A stretch of DNA of 64,000 nucleotides from Octopus vulgaris (taxonomy: Eukaryota). The stretch spans positions 18,662,001 through 18,726,000 of the forward strand of contig OX597827.1 in NCBI GenBank assembly GCA_951406725.2, read 5' to 3'. This document shows positions 26,820 to 39,629 of the stretch, one piece after another. How positions within the stretch are numbered: the stretch's first letter is position 1; each line of letters starts with the position of its first letter. A program made the translations under genes and the position numbers. The notes under the pieces were generated by a model that was given only the letters and a program-made list of their open reading frames with translations, was not told where the DNA came from and searched no databases.

Positions 26820-26928
26820 TGATATATATTTATATATTTTATCAATTTCTCATTTCATAAAAATTTTCTTTCAATTTAGCATTCTGCATTTTTACAATTT
26901 TTCCTTGCTATATATATATATATATATA

Positions 26929-27297
26929 GACACAAGAGAAATTACCTATAACAGGCAATTTCTACAGGCTAGGAGACAGTCAAAACGACCGAAAACATCA
27001 AAATTTAAGCAATTTGAAAGGGAATGAAAAAATAAAAACTTTTACCTTGTAAAAAAAACAAGGTAAAAAAAGGGCCAAAAAATACAAGGCAAAACAACAA
27101 GGTAATCCCTTTGAAATTGCTTAAATTTTGTGGTTTTCGGTCGTTTTGACTGTCTCCTAGCGTGTAGAAATTGCCTGTTATAGGTAATTTCTCTTTGTGT
27201 TTAAATGTACACTATTTTATATTGAATAATATGTCGTCTATTGACTCTTTATACATGCTAGGCCACTGGTAGTGAAATTTGTAAAAATTTGCTACCC
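26929..27297. repeat. Fold-back cassette between (TA)n tracts
   Basis: ~95-bp inverted arms at 26929-27023 and 27106-27200. Confidence 0.85.
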
Positions 27298-27649
27298 TAT
27301 ATATTTATATGTATAATAACAAAATAATAAATAAAACATATGCATATATATATACATATATGTACGTACCTACATCTATATGTATATATACATGCATATA
27401 TGGTTACAGGACACCAAAAAAACGCCGAATACGATGAGAAACGAAAACATAAAAACAAAACCAAGGAAACGGACATTTTTTTAAACAACGAAAAAACACA
27501 GTACAAGACATACAACACAAGGAAAATTCCCCTTCTTCAGCCGCCTCTGTTTCGTCTACTCCGTGTTTCGAAGGTAAAGGTGAGACACGACTTCGCTGAA
27601 ACAGTCCTTCTCGCAAAGCAAATTAAATAAAATTTGAGATTTTTTGCGG

Positions 27650-27970
27650 AGGGGGTAAAAGTGGTAACATGCCGCCCCTTCAAAATAAGGGTAGAGGAAT
27701 ATCGCAAAGCTGTGACATGAGGAGATATTGATAAATCGGGTATGGCTGATCATGTATGGAAAAACGGAGACCACCTCCTACTGTAGGATGAAGTTAAAAT
27801 AATAGACAGAAAAACACCACTGGAAAATACGAAAACTAAAAGAAGCAGCATATATGCTAGGACATAATAACCTCCTAAGCAGACCTAGTGCAGATATGGG
27901 TAGTATATGGAAACCGGTATTAAGGAAGGATAGAGTTCGATTCCAGGCAGTGACCTGAATAATAATGATA

Positions 27971-28052
<82 letters not shown>

Positions 28053-28070
28053 CAACAACAACAGCAACAG

Positions 28071-28101
<31 letters not shown>

Positions 28102-28265
28102 AATAATAATAATAATGATAACAACAACAACAACAACATCGAAGAGAACCCAGGTTCGAAATTCCCCCAGGACACCTGATGAAGGCTGGAGAGTACGTCA
28201 GCCGAAACGTTGTGTTAACATAAAACAAGATGAGGACAAATATCCGTCAAATGTGAATAACGTAG
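27650..28265 (+). mobile_element. 3' remnant of a second Penelope-like element (GIY-YIG C-terminus, pLTR with hammerhead)
   Basis: RVEEYRKAV..GDIDKSGMADHVWKNGDH...VKIIDR..HWKIRKLKEAAYM..NNLLSR....IWKPVL; (TAA)/(CAA) tract 27958-28138; hammerhead at 28172. Confidence 0.8.
28172..28215 (+). ncRNA. Minimal type I hammerhead ribozyme motif
   Basis: ACAC-CTGATGA-A-GGCTG-(10 nt)-CAGCC-GAAA-CG-TT-GTGT. Confidence 0.8.
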
Positions 28266-28504
28266 AGTAAGTACCAGGCCTTAAGAAATATAGCAAAAAG
28301 TATCCACGTTGTTCTCCGACCATTTCGACATCTGATGTGTGGCCCTTTTGTGCACCTTTTCAGACAACGTCGATTTGATAGAAGGAGTGAGCTGATGCAC
28401 AGTACATAATTTTGATCACTATAAGCGGATTTGTTTAAAACCGTCTATCTCTGGCTACGAGAGACTTAATACCAGTACAGTTGGTGCTGCTATAGTATAC
28501 CTAT

Positions 28505-28733
28505 TTCTTTATTACCCACAGGGGGCTAAACATAGAGGGGACAAACAAGGACAGACATAGGTATTAAGTCGATTACATCGACCCCAGTGCGTAACTGGTA
28601 CTTATTTAATCGACCCCGAGAGGATGAAAGGCAAAGTCGACCTCGGCGGAATTTGAACTCACAACGTAACGGCAGACGAAATACCGCAAAGCATTTCGCC
28701 CGGCGTGCTAACGCTTCTGCCAGCTCGCCGCCT
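28505..28733 (-). mobile_element. SINE family B, full length
   Basis: Reverse complement of 36336-36565. Confidence 0.88.
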
Positions 28734-28883
28734 ATCTTGCTATTTGCGACCTACCAGCACAAAACCGTCAATCATCAAGTGAATTATGTGGACCCGATAT
28801 CAAGGGCTCATATACAGGCTATTCAGCGATCGTCGCTTGATGCCAAAATTGAAATACTCAAGAAAAAAAAAAAGAGGCGTACC

Positions 28884-29496
28884 TACTTTACTCTTTTACT
28901 TGTTTCAGTAATTTGACTGTGGCCATGCTGGAGTACCGCCTTTAGTCGAGCAAATCGACCCCAGGACTTATTCTTTGTAAGCTTAGTACTTATTCTATCG
29001 GTCTCTTTTGCCGAACCGCTAAGTGACGGGGACGTAAACACACCAGCATCGGTTGTCAAGTGATGTTGGAGGGACAAACACAGACAAACATACACACATA
29101 CACACACACGCATATATATACATATATACGACGGGCTTCTTTCAGTTTCCGTCTACCAAATCCACTCACAAGGCTTTGGTCGGTCCGAGGCTATAGTTGA
29201 AGACACTTGCCCAAGGTACCACGCAGTGAGACTGAACCCGGAACCTTGTGGTACGTAAGCAAGCTACTTACCACACGGCAACTCCTACTCTTTACTCTTT
29301 TACTCTTTTATTTGTTTCAGTCATTTGACTGTGGCCATGCTGGAGTACCGCCTTTAGTCGAGCAAATCGACCCCAGGACTTATTCTTTGTAAGCCTAGTA
29401 CTTATTCTATCGGTCCCTTTTGCCGAACCGCTAAGTGACGGGGAGGTAAACACACCAGCATCGGTTGTCAAGCGATGCTGGAGGGACAAACACAGA

Positions 29497-29554
<58 letters not shown>

Positions 29555-29731
29555 TACATACATATATACGACGGGCTTTTTTCAGTTTCCGTCTACCAAA
29601 TCCACTCACAAGGCTTTGGTCGGCCCGAGGCTATAGTAGAAGACACTTGCCCAAGGTGCCACGTAGTGGGACTGAACCCGGAACCATGTGGCTGGAACCA
29701 AGCTACTTACCACACAGCCACTCCTACGCCT
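28884..29731 (-). mobile_element. Two head-to-tail SINE family A copies
   Basis: Copies at ~28884-29290 and ~29287-29731. Confidence 0.9.
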
Positions 29732-29996
29732 ATTTTTTTTCACATTTGGTTCATCATTGTAGGAAAATGCTCAGGAAAACCATTGACTTGTTCACTGCTT
29801 TTTTTTAAATGATATCAGATCAGTTTACAAATATTAAAATCAATATTTGCCGATTTTTAAAATTTTGTATAAGGTGTTAATGATTTAAGGTGTTAATGAT
29901 TTTTTAATATATTTTACACTACAAACTGTTTAATATGTTCCTTTCCTTTTATAGAATAAATCTTTAATGATTTTTAACATATTTCATACTGCCAAT

Positions 29997-30384
29997 GGAC
30001 CTTTTCGGTTTGAACAGCAGTTTTTTATAGCGGTGTCATATGAAATTGTCGCCCATTTCAATCTGTTTTAGGGTTAGGGTTAGTTAGAGTTAGGGGAAGG
30101 GTATCTTTTTTTCCTCACAAATGTAAATAAACCCAATATGTTTCTTAAACGAGGGACATATTCATACGGAAACAGAATGCTTTTTAACTCAATAGAAGTC
30201 AGTGATTGGTTGAAATTGCAGAAATTGAAAAAAAAAACAACAAATATCTTACAAACTAGAATTTTCTCAATAAAGTCAAGAGAAAAAGATGTTTTATAAA
30301 CACATTCTACCAGTATACGAAGTTTTAAATTTTTAGGTAACCTAGAAATTATGTTAAAAACTGCCGTTCAAACCGAAAAGATCC
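29997..30384. mobile_element. MITE copy (opposite orientation to 44-460)
   Basis: Same TIRs; degenerate 8-bp TSD CTGCCAAT/CTACCAAC; TTAGGG repeats at ~30068-30094. Confidence 0.88.
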
Positions 30385-30684
30385 CTACCAACAGTTGGTA
30401 GATATCGTAGGAAACAGTAGATACCATACTATAGTAGAAAATGGACGGTAGATATCCTTTCTACTAAAGGCACAAAGCCTGAAATTTGTGGGTAGGGGTC
30501 TAGTCGATTTACATAGACTTCACTGTTTCACTGGTACTTAATTTATCGACCCCGAAAGGATGAAAAGCAACAATCGACCTCGGCGGAATTTGAACTCAGA
30601 ACGTTGCGGCAGACGGAAAATGCATGGTAGATATCATAATATTGTAGCATCGTACAGTTTTTAGAAAAAAAAAAGCCGTAATAT

Positions 30685-31432
30685 AATCACCATCACCACC
30701 ACTGTCACCACCGCCGCCTCCGCCATCACCACCCTGTCCAACCAGAATTTTCATTACTATCACTACAGTGAGGTTCAAACCATTGCTGTTACAATCACCA
30801 CTACCACTATCACAGTCACCAACACCGCCATCAGCACCACCACCACCACCACCACCACCACCACCACCACCACCAACATCAACGCAATCACCACTAGCAC
30901 CACCACCACCATCGACATCATTGCTACCGCCATCACCACCATCACCACAACCAGTCACCACCGCCACCACCACCACCACCACCACACCACCACCACCACC
31001 ACCACCACCACCACCTTCACCATTAAGATCACCATCACCGCCATCACCACTACCAGTCACCACCACCACCACCACCACCATCATCAACACCACTACCACA
31101 ACCACCACTACCACCACCACCACCACCACCACCTTCACCATTAAGATCACCATCACCGCCATCGTCACCATCTCAACCATTACCACTACAACCACCACCA
31201 TCATCATCATCACCACCACCACTACCACCATGATCACCACCTACCACAGCAACCACAGCAAGAACAACATAATCTGTTACACAATTTAAATGATATCACT
31301 CGAATGATTTTCACCTTTGTGAGGGATACAACACCACCACCACCACCACCACTACAATGCCACTACCTTATCATCACCCTAACCGTCCACTACCACAGCA
31401 AATACTCCCATCACCACTGCTCTGCCATTACT

Positions 31433-31469
<37 letters not shown>

Positions 31470-31660
31470 ACACCACCACCACCGCCACCACCACCACCAC
31501 CACTATCACTACCGTTACCACCACCACCACCACCACTATCACTACCGCCACCATCTTCATACACGCACCTAATGTTTCCTAATACACATCACATGACTAT
31601 GGACTATTAACGTTTGATGAAGCCATGGGGGGTGGTACGGACGCTGCACCGCCACCACCT

Positions 31661-31709
<49 letters not shown>

Positions 31710-31713
31710 CACC

Positions 31714-31769
<56 letters not shown>

Positions 31770-31804
31770 CACCACCACCACCACCGCCGCCGCTGCTGCT
31801 GCTG

Positions 31805-31842
<38 letters not shown>
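30685..31842. repeat. (ACC)n/(ACT)n trinucleotide tracts
   Basis: Direct inspection. Confidence 0.93.
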
Positions 31843-32213
31843 CTGTGGGAATGGCGATGTGTGGTTGGATGTCTGGACACTTGGCAGAGAGGGGGAGATA
31901 GAATGGGAAAAAAAGAGAGGAGTGACAGAGAGGGTGGGGGGAAACTTAAGAGAAAGAGAGAGAGGGAAATTGAGTGAAATAGCGAAAGAAAGGGAGAGGC
32001 TGAGAAGGAATGTGTGTGTATGTGTGTATGTGTGTGTGTGTGTGTGTATGTGTGCTTTCATATAACAAACGCGTATCTTTTGTTTTTGTATTTTTTTTTA
32101 TTGCTTTCATTCATCAGGCAACGGCCATATCGCATTCCTTTCAAGGGCTGGTCGGCGACCATATCGATCTCAGAAACCATTTCAGTCTTGCACCTATTTT
32201 ATTGAACTTCATT

Positions 32214-32545
32214 GTGAAGGCACCTGCCTCAGTGGTTAGAGTGTCGGAAACCACCATCATGATGTAGTGAGTTCGATTCCCGGACCGGGCTGTGTGTTGT
32301 GTTCTTGGGCAAGACACTTTATTTCACGTTGCTCCAGTTCACTCAGCTGTAGAAAGGAGTTGCGACATCACTGGTGCCAAGCTGTATCGACCTTTGTCTT
32401 TCCCTTGGATAACATCGGTTGGCATGGAGAGGGGAGGCTGGTATGCATGGGTGAGTCGTCCATAAACAACCTTGCTTGAACTTGTGCCTCGGAGAGTAAC
32501 TTTCTTGGTGCAATCTCATAGTTATTCGTGACTGAGGGTGGGGGG
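32214..32545 (+). mobile_element. SINE family C
   Basis: Colinear with 23479-23818. Confidence 0.85.
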
Positions 32546-32615
32546 GAGGATCATTTTTACCCTAACTGCGACGTGAAGGCGTAACACGTGTCTGTGTTTG
32601 TGTGTTTTAAAAATT

Positions 32616-33054
32616 GGATCTTTCCGGTTTGAACGGCAGTTTTTAACATAATTTCTAGGTAACTAAAAAATTTTAAACTTCGAATACTGGTAGAATGTGT
32701 TTATAAAACATCTTTTTCTCTTGGCTTTATTGAGAAAATTCTATAGTTTGTAAGATATTCGTTGTTTTTTTCCTTCAATTTCTGCAATTTCAACCAATCA
32801 ATGACGTCTATTGAGGTAAATAACATTCTGTTCCGTATGAATATGTCCCTCGTTTAAGAAACAGATTGGGTTTATTTACATTTGTGAAGAAAAAAAAGAT
32901 ACCCTTCCCCCACCCCTAACCCTAACCCTAACCCTAACTAACCTTAACCCTAAAAGAGATTGAAATGCAATAGATCGATAGTAGGGTCATAATTATGGGT
33001 GACAATTTCATATGACACCGCTAGGAAAAACTGCCGTTCAAACCGAAAAGATCC
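32616..33054. mobile_element. MITE copy
   Basis: TIRs; perfect 8-bp TSD TAAAAATT; (CCCTAA)n at ~32913-32953. Confidence 0.92.
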
Positions 33055-33797
33055 TAAAAATTCAACAAAAGCAACAAGCGGAAAATTTAGCAAACAGGAA
33101 ATTCGTGGCTAATTCTTCATCAGTCAATTTCTTTATTAACCATGAGGTTGAGAAAAAGAGGGGACGATACGAGGACAGACAAAACAAACATTGGGGTCAG
33201 GGGATCGAATCAGACGAAACGTATGAATAAACAATTAAAATAACAATTAAATGAGAATGAGTGATTAACAAAAATTGAAGCTGAGGACGCGGTCGATCCC
33301 ACAAACCACAAACTCACACTGAAGACGTTGCTTTGTCCTTTTAGTGGTTCTCGTTTAGAGAGGTTCTTTCACTAGCAACGTACTTGCTACACACTTCCAT
33401 CTTTTACGAAACACGCTTTGCGACAGGCATTTTTTTCTCCTGCCTTATTTCCCGCCTTACAATTTCGCTCCTGTAACGTTGATATTGTTCACTCTTGATG
33501 GCGTCAGAGAGGAAAAGTCATCGGGAATAGCTACGAATGTAAAGGAAAATGATGAAAAGAACGCAACAAAATAAAATATACCAAAAAAAGCTGTTCGGCC
33601 ACAAGACAGTCGTATATGCGTTAACGCCAGTGAAAAATGAAAATGTCCTTTACGACTGGAGATGAGAGAAGGAGAGACATAAAGTCAGAACGAAGGAAGA
33701 AGTAAAGCAGTAGGGGTAGGGAATATATGACCGCGTGTGTACCATTGGCGATTTTTTTTCCTCCGTTTTCCCTTCTCTGGATCTTTCCTTTTCCCAT

Positions 33798-33832
33798 GTT
33801 TCTGACGAAGAGCTCTGCTCGAAACGTTAAAC
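33798..33832 (+). ncRNA. Minimal type I hammerhead ribozyme motif
   Basis: GTTT-CTGACGA-A-GAGC-TCT-GCTC-GAAA-CG-TT-AAAC within element 33720-33935, which ends at (TA)n. Confidence 0.8.
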
Positions 33833-34209
33833 CCTCTTTTTTCCCTACTTTCCTGAGCGTCCAATAATACTATGTTTGTTCCACGTCCTCGCGTTGTTGT
33901 GTTTTCTCTTTGTGTTTTCATGTTTGGATTAACTATATATATATATATATATATATAACTATATATATATATACATACTTATATTTCGGTGCGGTCTTAC
34001 AGGGCATTTTCATTTTTCACTGGCGTTAACACATATACATCTGTCTTGTGGCAGTACAGCTTTTTTTGGTATATTTTATTTTGTTGTATTGTTCTCATTA
34101 TTCTCCTTTACATTCGTAGCTATTCTCAATGACTTTTCATCACTGGCGCCCTCAAGAGTGGACAATACCAACGCTACAGGAGCAAAATTGTGAGGATTTT
34201 TTGGACGTT

Positions 34210-34269
<60 letters not shown>

Positions 34270-34398
34270 AAAAGTAAAAAATACACAAACTGGGACAAGA
34301 ACGTGAAACATTTAGAAGACGACACAAAAAACACGGACGGGACTTTCGAAGCTCTCAGTCATCAGTCAAGAACTAGATCATCTTCGCAATTTCCGCTG

Positions 34399-34455
<57 letters not shown>

Positions 34456-34457
<2 letters not shown>

Positions 34458-34648
34458 ATAAAAATGGTAAGACAACAATAGAATGAAAGAGACCTCGATA
34501 TTATGTAAATAGAGGAATTTATCTGGCTAGATAACTGAAGAGATGGCGGCGTGGATTTCCACCTCGGCATCCGAAACTCGGCACGAAACTCGGCATCCGA
34601 AACTCGGAGTTTTAACATGGCTACCGAATAATTGTCACATATTACATT

Positions 34649-34650
<2 letters not shown>
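34456..34650 (+). mobile_element. Short element in (TA)n with degenerate hammerhead-like core
   Basis: GATAA-CTGAAGA-GATG...CATC-C-GAAA-CTC; GAAACTCGG occurs three times; same family as palindrome 40131-40337. Confidence 0.6.
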
Positions 34651-34712
<62 letters not shown>

Positions 34713-34724
34713 CATATATAACGG

Positions 34725-35040
34725 GTAAGTAAGTGTCTTCCGCTTTAATTTCAAGCCGACCAAAGACTTGTGAGTGGATTTGGTAGACGGAAAGTGAAAG
34801 AATCCCGTCATATGTGTGCGTGTGTGCTTGTGTCTGAGCTTGTCCTGTGCCATGGCTTTACAACTGATGTTGGTGTGTTTACGTCCCCGTAACTTAGTGG
34901 TTCGCAAAAGGAGCCGATAGAATGCATACCAGGCTTAAAAAAGAAAAAAAAAACAAACAATAAGTTCTGGGGTCTATTGGTTTGACTAAAATGTTTCAAG
35001 GCAGTACTGCATCATAGCCTCAGTCTAAAAGCTGAAACAG
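34725..35040 (+). mobile_element. Diverged 5'-truncated SINE family A
   Basis: GTGAGTGGATTTGGTAGACGGAAA and GTTTACGTCCCCGTAACTTAG blocks. Confidence 0.8.
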
Positions 35041-35094
<54 letters not shown>

Positions 35095-35097
<3 letters not shown>

Positions 35098-35410
35098 AGG
35101 CCCGTGGGTTAGGGTATTCGGCTTCCGTTCGTAAGGTTGTGAGTTCAATTCCAGGCGACGCGTTGCATCCTTAAGCAAGATACTTTATTTCACGTTGTTG
35201 CGCTCCGCTCAGCTGGCAAAGATGAATTGTATCTGTAATTCAAAGGGCCGACCTTGTTAGATTCCGTGCCACGCTGAATCTTCCTGAGAACCATGTTAAG
35301 GATACACGTGTCTATGGAGCCACATGCAACTTGATTTCGCCATCAGACTGTTCTGTTGATCGGGTCAACTTGGAACCCTCGTCGTTGTAACTGACGGAGT
35401 ACCAGTTTAT
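35095..35410 (+). mobile_element. CORE-like SINE related to family C
   Basis: GAGTTCAATTCC B box, CCTTAAGCAAGATACTTTATTTCACG; homologous to 63600-63966. Confidence 0.78.
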
Positions 35411-35598
35411 ATACATAATCAGATTCCCGAGAATTGTTGATCCTTGAGATTATGTCCGTGTCTCTTTGAAACTTGGTTGCTGATGCTATCAGATCACGTG
35501 TCTGTTTGCCTTCCCCTCAAAGCTCTAAAAATGCAAGCAACACTCACACTAACAAAACTCCATGTCCTGAAGATGAGGCTGAGACAGCCTGGGAATAA

Positions 35599-35996
35599 TC
35601 TATATATATAAAAGTGAGGTTGTGTGGTGTCTGTCTCCTACGATTTAGATTCCTAACTACTCCCACATTTTGCGGTGCAGTTTAACCAAAAGCGGGTATC
35701 TTATAGTCGTGATTCATATCGAGCCCTTCTGGGTATTAGCGCGCGTCTACGATGAGTCTACGATTTAAAAAAAATTTACCATAATTTTTCCGCATTTTTA
35801 ATGCATTTTCGCTCGGTTTATATAAGGGAAGTAACTCTCTAAAAATGTATTATTAAATCTCAGAACGTAAAAAGCTACAGTAACACCCACCTTTGTGGTT
35901 AGCCATACTGAGATGGCAATTATACTTTACATCTCAAAAAATGCTTATATAGTTATTTCCCTTACAAACCCGAGCAACACCGGGCGATACTGCTAG
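35599..35996 (+). mobile_element. Non-autonomous Helitron (second family)
   Basis: A|TCTATATATATAAAA start, subterminal CCCG-AGCAACAC-CGGG hairpin, CTAG|T end, no TSD. Confidence 0.85.
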
Positions 35997-36127
35997 TATT
36001 ACATAAATGAATTTGGGAAATTTATTTTTCCAAGTGAACTACAAGGTTCTGACACGAAAATAACCCCTAGTAAGACAAGAAAGATAAAATTGGAACATAG
36101 TTGGCTTTTCAATACATCATGTATAAA

Positions 36128-36735
36128 AGGCGGTAAGCAAGCAGAATAGTGGTATTTCGTCTGTCTTTACGTTCTGAGTTCAAATCCCGCCGAGATCGAC
36201 TTTGCCTTTCATCCTTTCGGGGTCGATAAATTAAGTACCAGTTGCATACTGGGTGTCGATCTAATCGACTGACCCCTCTCCGCCAAAATTTCGGGCTTTG
36301 TGCCTAGAGTAGAAAAGAATATTTGAGAAGTATGAAGGCGGCGAGCTGGCAGAAACGTTAGCACGCCGAGCGAAATGCCTAGCAGTATTTCGTCTGCCGT
36401 TACGTTCTGAGTTCAAATTCTGCTGAGGTCGACTTTGCCTTTCATCCTTTCGGGTTCGATAAATCAAGTATCAGTTACGCACTGGGGTCGATGTAATAGA
36501 CTTAATCCGTTTGTCTGTCCTTGTTTGTCCTCTCTGTGTGTGGCCCCTTTGTGGGTAGTAAAGAACTAGGTATTTCGTCTGTCTTTACGTTTTGAGCTCA
36601 AATCCTGCCGAGGTCGACTTTGCCTTTCATCCTTTCGGAGTCGATAAATTAAGTACCAGTTGCATACAGGGGTCGATCTAATCGACTGCCCCCCTCCCCC
36701 AAAATTTGGCCTTGAGCCATGAGTAGAAAAGTATA
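36128..36735 (+). mobile_element. Three tandem SINE family B copies
   Basis: Conserved domain GACTTTGCCTTTCATCCTTTCGG at ~36198, ~36431 and ~36617. Confidence 0.88.
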
Positions 36736-36824
36736 CATCATGTATAAATGAAAAACTGTTCCCCATGCACACAAATGTGTGTGCGTATGTGATTGTGTGT
36801 ATGTGTATGTAAATACATACATAC

Positions 36825-36868
<44 letters not shown>

Positions 36869-36897
36869 GTATATGTGTGTGTAGATATACATATATA

Positions 36898-36949
<52 letters not shown>

Positions 36950-36974
36950 GTATATGTGTGTGTATATATATATA

Positions 36975-37020
<46 letters not shown>

Positions 37021-37102
37021 CGCGCACATGCACATACACACATACTTGCATTCAGAGAAAGGAAGAAGAAGAGAGAGAAAGAGACAGTGGGTCAGAGAGT
37101 GA

Positions 37103-37158
<56 letters not shown>

Positions 37159-37269
37159 AGGAAAGAAGGAAAGAAGTAGAGAGGTGTAATTATTGCAGGC
37201 GTTGCTAGTAATTCAGATCTCTGACTTCTGTTATTTAGCACGTGAATGGTTCCATAATTTTCTCAGCCA

Positions 37270-37270
<1 letters not shown>

Positions 37271-37300
<30 letters not shown>

Positions 37301-37660
37301 TGTATGTATGTATGTATGTATGTATGTATGCATGCATGTATGTATGTATGCATGTGTGTATGTATGTGTGTATGTATGTATGTATGTATGTATGTATGTA
37401 TGTATGTATGTATGTATGTATGCATGCATGTATGTATGTATGCATGTGTGTATGTATGTGTGTATGTATGTATGTATGTATGTATGTATGCATGTGTGTA
37501 TGTATGTGTGTATGTATGTGTGTATGTATGTGTGTATGTGTGTATGTATGTATGTATGTATGTGTGTATGTATGTGTGTATGTGTGTATGTATGTATGTA
37601 TGTCTGTATGTATGTATGTATGTATGTATGTATGTATGTATGTATGTATGTATGTATGTA

Positions 37661-37691
<31 letters not shown>

Positions 37692-37885
37692 ATGTATGTA
37701 TGTGTGTATGTATGTATGTATGTATGTATGTATGTATGTGTGTATGTATGTATGTATGTATGTATGTATGCATGCGTGTGTGTATGTATGTATGTATGTA
37801 TGTATGTATGTACGTACGTATGTATGTGTGTGTATGTGTGTATGTATGTATGTACGTATGTATGTATGCATGCGTGTGTACGTAC
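37271..37885. repeat. (TATG)n tetranucleotide microsatellite
   Basis: Direct inspection. Confidence 0.97.
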
Positions 37886-38157
37886 ACTGTTTAGGTTACT
37901 GGGGGACAAGTGATGTGAGCAGTAACCTACCCTACTTAGGATAAGTAATTCCCAGAAATTCACATCATCTTTCGGTTTATCATAGTAATTTTCTCAGCAG
38001 CCAGTCACCGCTCTGCCTCTCGCTATGCAGTCGACTGTCTGTGGATGTGTTCGGAGAAAGTCGCATCCGCAGACATTGGCAGACACAGCTTTGTACAGAT
38101 CTCAGACAGTCTCAGTGCTTTGAATTCATTCTTTGTTTGGGAAAAGATAAAATGTTT

Positions 38158-39140
38158 CGTAATGGCTCTCTTTGTGTTCCTAATAGATTGGTCTCCAAAT
38201 TACCGCAATGAGACTCTGTGACATTGAATGAGATTTGGCTGTTTTCTACCCAATCAAATTCCTTTTTTTGATTGGTTTCCGTCGCCGGGCTGCGGCCATG
38301 CTGGAGGACCGATTTCAAAATTTTTTTTTTGTTCATCACATCGACTCCAGCACTTATTTCAGGTTGGAACATATCTTACCGATCCCTAATTGTCGAACCG
38401 CTTCGTAATGGGTCGGTCTCCAAATTACCGCAATGAGACTCTGTGACATTGAATGAGATTTTGGCTGTTTTCTACCCAATCAAATTCCTTTATTTGATTG
38501 GTTTCCGTCGCCGGGCTGCGGCCATGCTGGAGGACCGATTTCAAGAATTTTTTTTTGTTTTGTTCATCATATCGACTCCAGCACTTATTTCAGGGTGGAA
38601 CGATCCCTAATTGTCGAACCGCTTCGTAATGGGTCTCTTTGTGTTCCTAATAGATTGGTCTCCAAATTACCGCAATGAGACTCTGTGACATTGAATGAGA
38701 TTTGGCTGTTTTCTACCCAATCAAATTCCTTTATTTGATTGGTTTCCGTCGCTGGGCTGCGGCCATGCTGGAGGACCGATTTCAAGATTATTATTTTTTT
38801 TTTTTGTTCATCAAATCGACTCCAGTACTTATGTCAGGTTGGAACATATCTTACCGATCCCTAATTGTCGAACCGCTTCGTAATGGGTCTCTTTGTGTTC
38901 CTAATAGATTGGTCTCCAAATTACCGCAATGAGACTCTGTGACATTGAATGAGATTTGGCTGTTATCTACCCAATCAAATTCCTTTATTTGATTGGTTTC
39001 TGACGCTGGGCTGCGGCCATGCTGGAGGACCGATTTCAAGAATTCTTTTTTGTTTTTTGTTTTCTTTTTGTTCATCATATCGACTCCAGCACTAATTTCA
39101 GGGTGGAACATATCTTACCGATCCCCAATTGTCGAACCGC
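38158..39140. repeat. Tandem repeat, four ~220-260-bp units, part SINE-A-derived
   Basis: CGTAATGG unit starts at ~38158, 38404, 38625 and 38879; each unit holds CTGCGGCCATGCTGGAG and GAACCGCT from the SINE A tail. Confidence 0.92.
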
Positions 39141-39211
39141 TATGTTGTGGTGCATATAGTGATGCGCAACATAAGTGTCATTGGTTTGTAACCCTTTACG
39201 AAAGTTAAACG

Positions 39212-39250
<39 letters not shown>

Positions 39251-39575
39251 ACACACACACACACACACACACATTCGTTTATTCTTTTACTTGATTCGGT
39301 CATTTGACTGCGGCCATAATAGAAGATACTTGCCCAAGATGACATGGAATGGGACTGAACCGGGAGCCCTCTGGTTGGGAGGTAAGCTTCTTTCCACACA
39401 GCTACGCCTACGCCTATATACATATATAACCACAATTAAGGACTATTAAATACTATACAAGATAATCTCAAGAGGCAAGATTTCTGGAACGTGTTCTGTC
39501 GGTCACTTATGCTGAACTGTTGGTTGCGGAAACGTAAACAAACCAGCAACGGCTATGAAGAGGCATATTTACACA

Positions 39576-39626
<51 letters not shown>

Positions 39627-39629
<3 letters not shown>

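Noticed and set aside
27520-27600. CTGAAGA and GAAAC motifs in the 27300/20482 repeat
   Set aside because: Order and stems do not give a valid hammerhead without assuming a tandem permutation that is not seen here
32913-32953. (CCCTAA)n as a telomere or chromosome fusion site
   Set aside because: Short, degenerate and internal to a MITE present in four copies
34262-34400. Minus-strand CTGATGA...GAAA-GTC hammerhead-like string
   Set aside because: Stems I and II do not pair convincingly in this copy; kept only as a TA-embedded cassette
38158-39140. Regularly spaced repeats resembling a CRISPR array
   Set aside because: Whole ~240-bp units repeat with no unique spacers, there are no cas genes, and the context is eukaryotic
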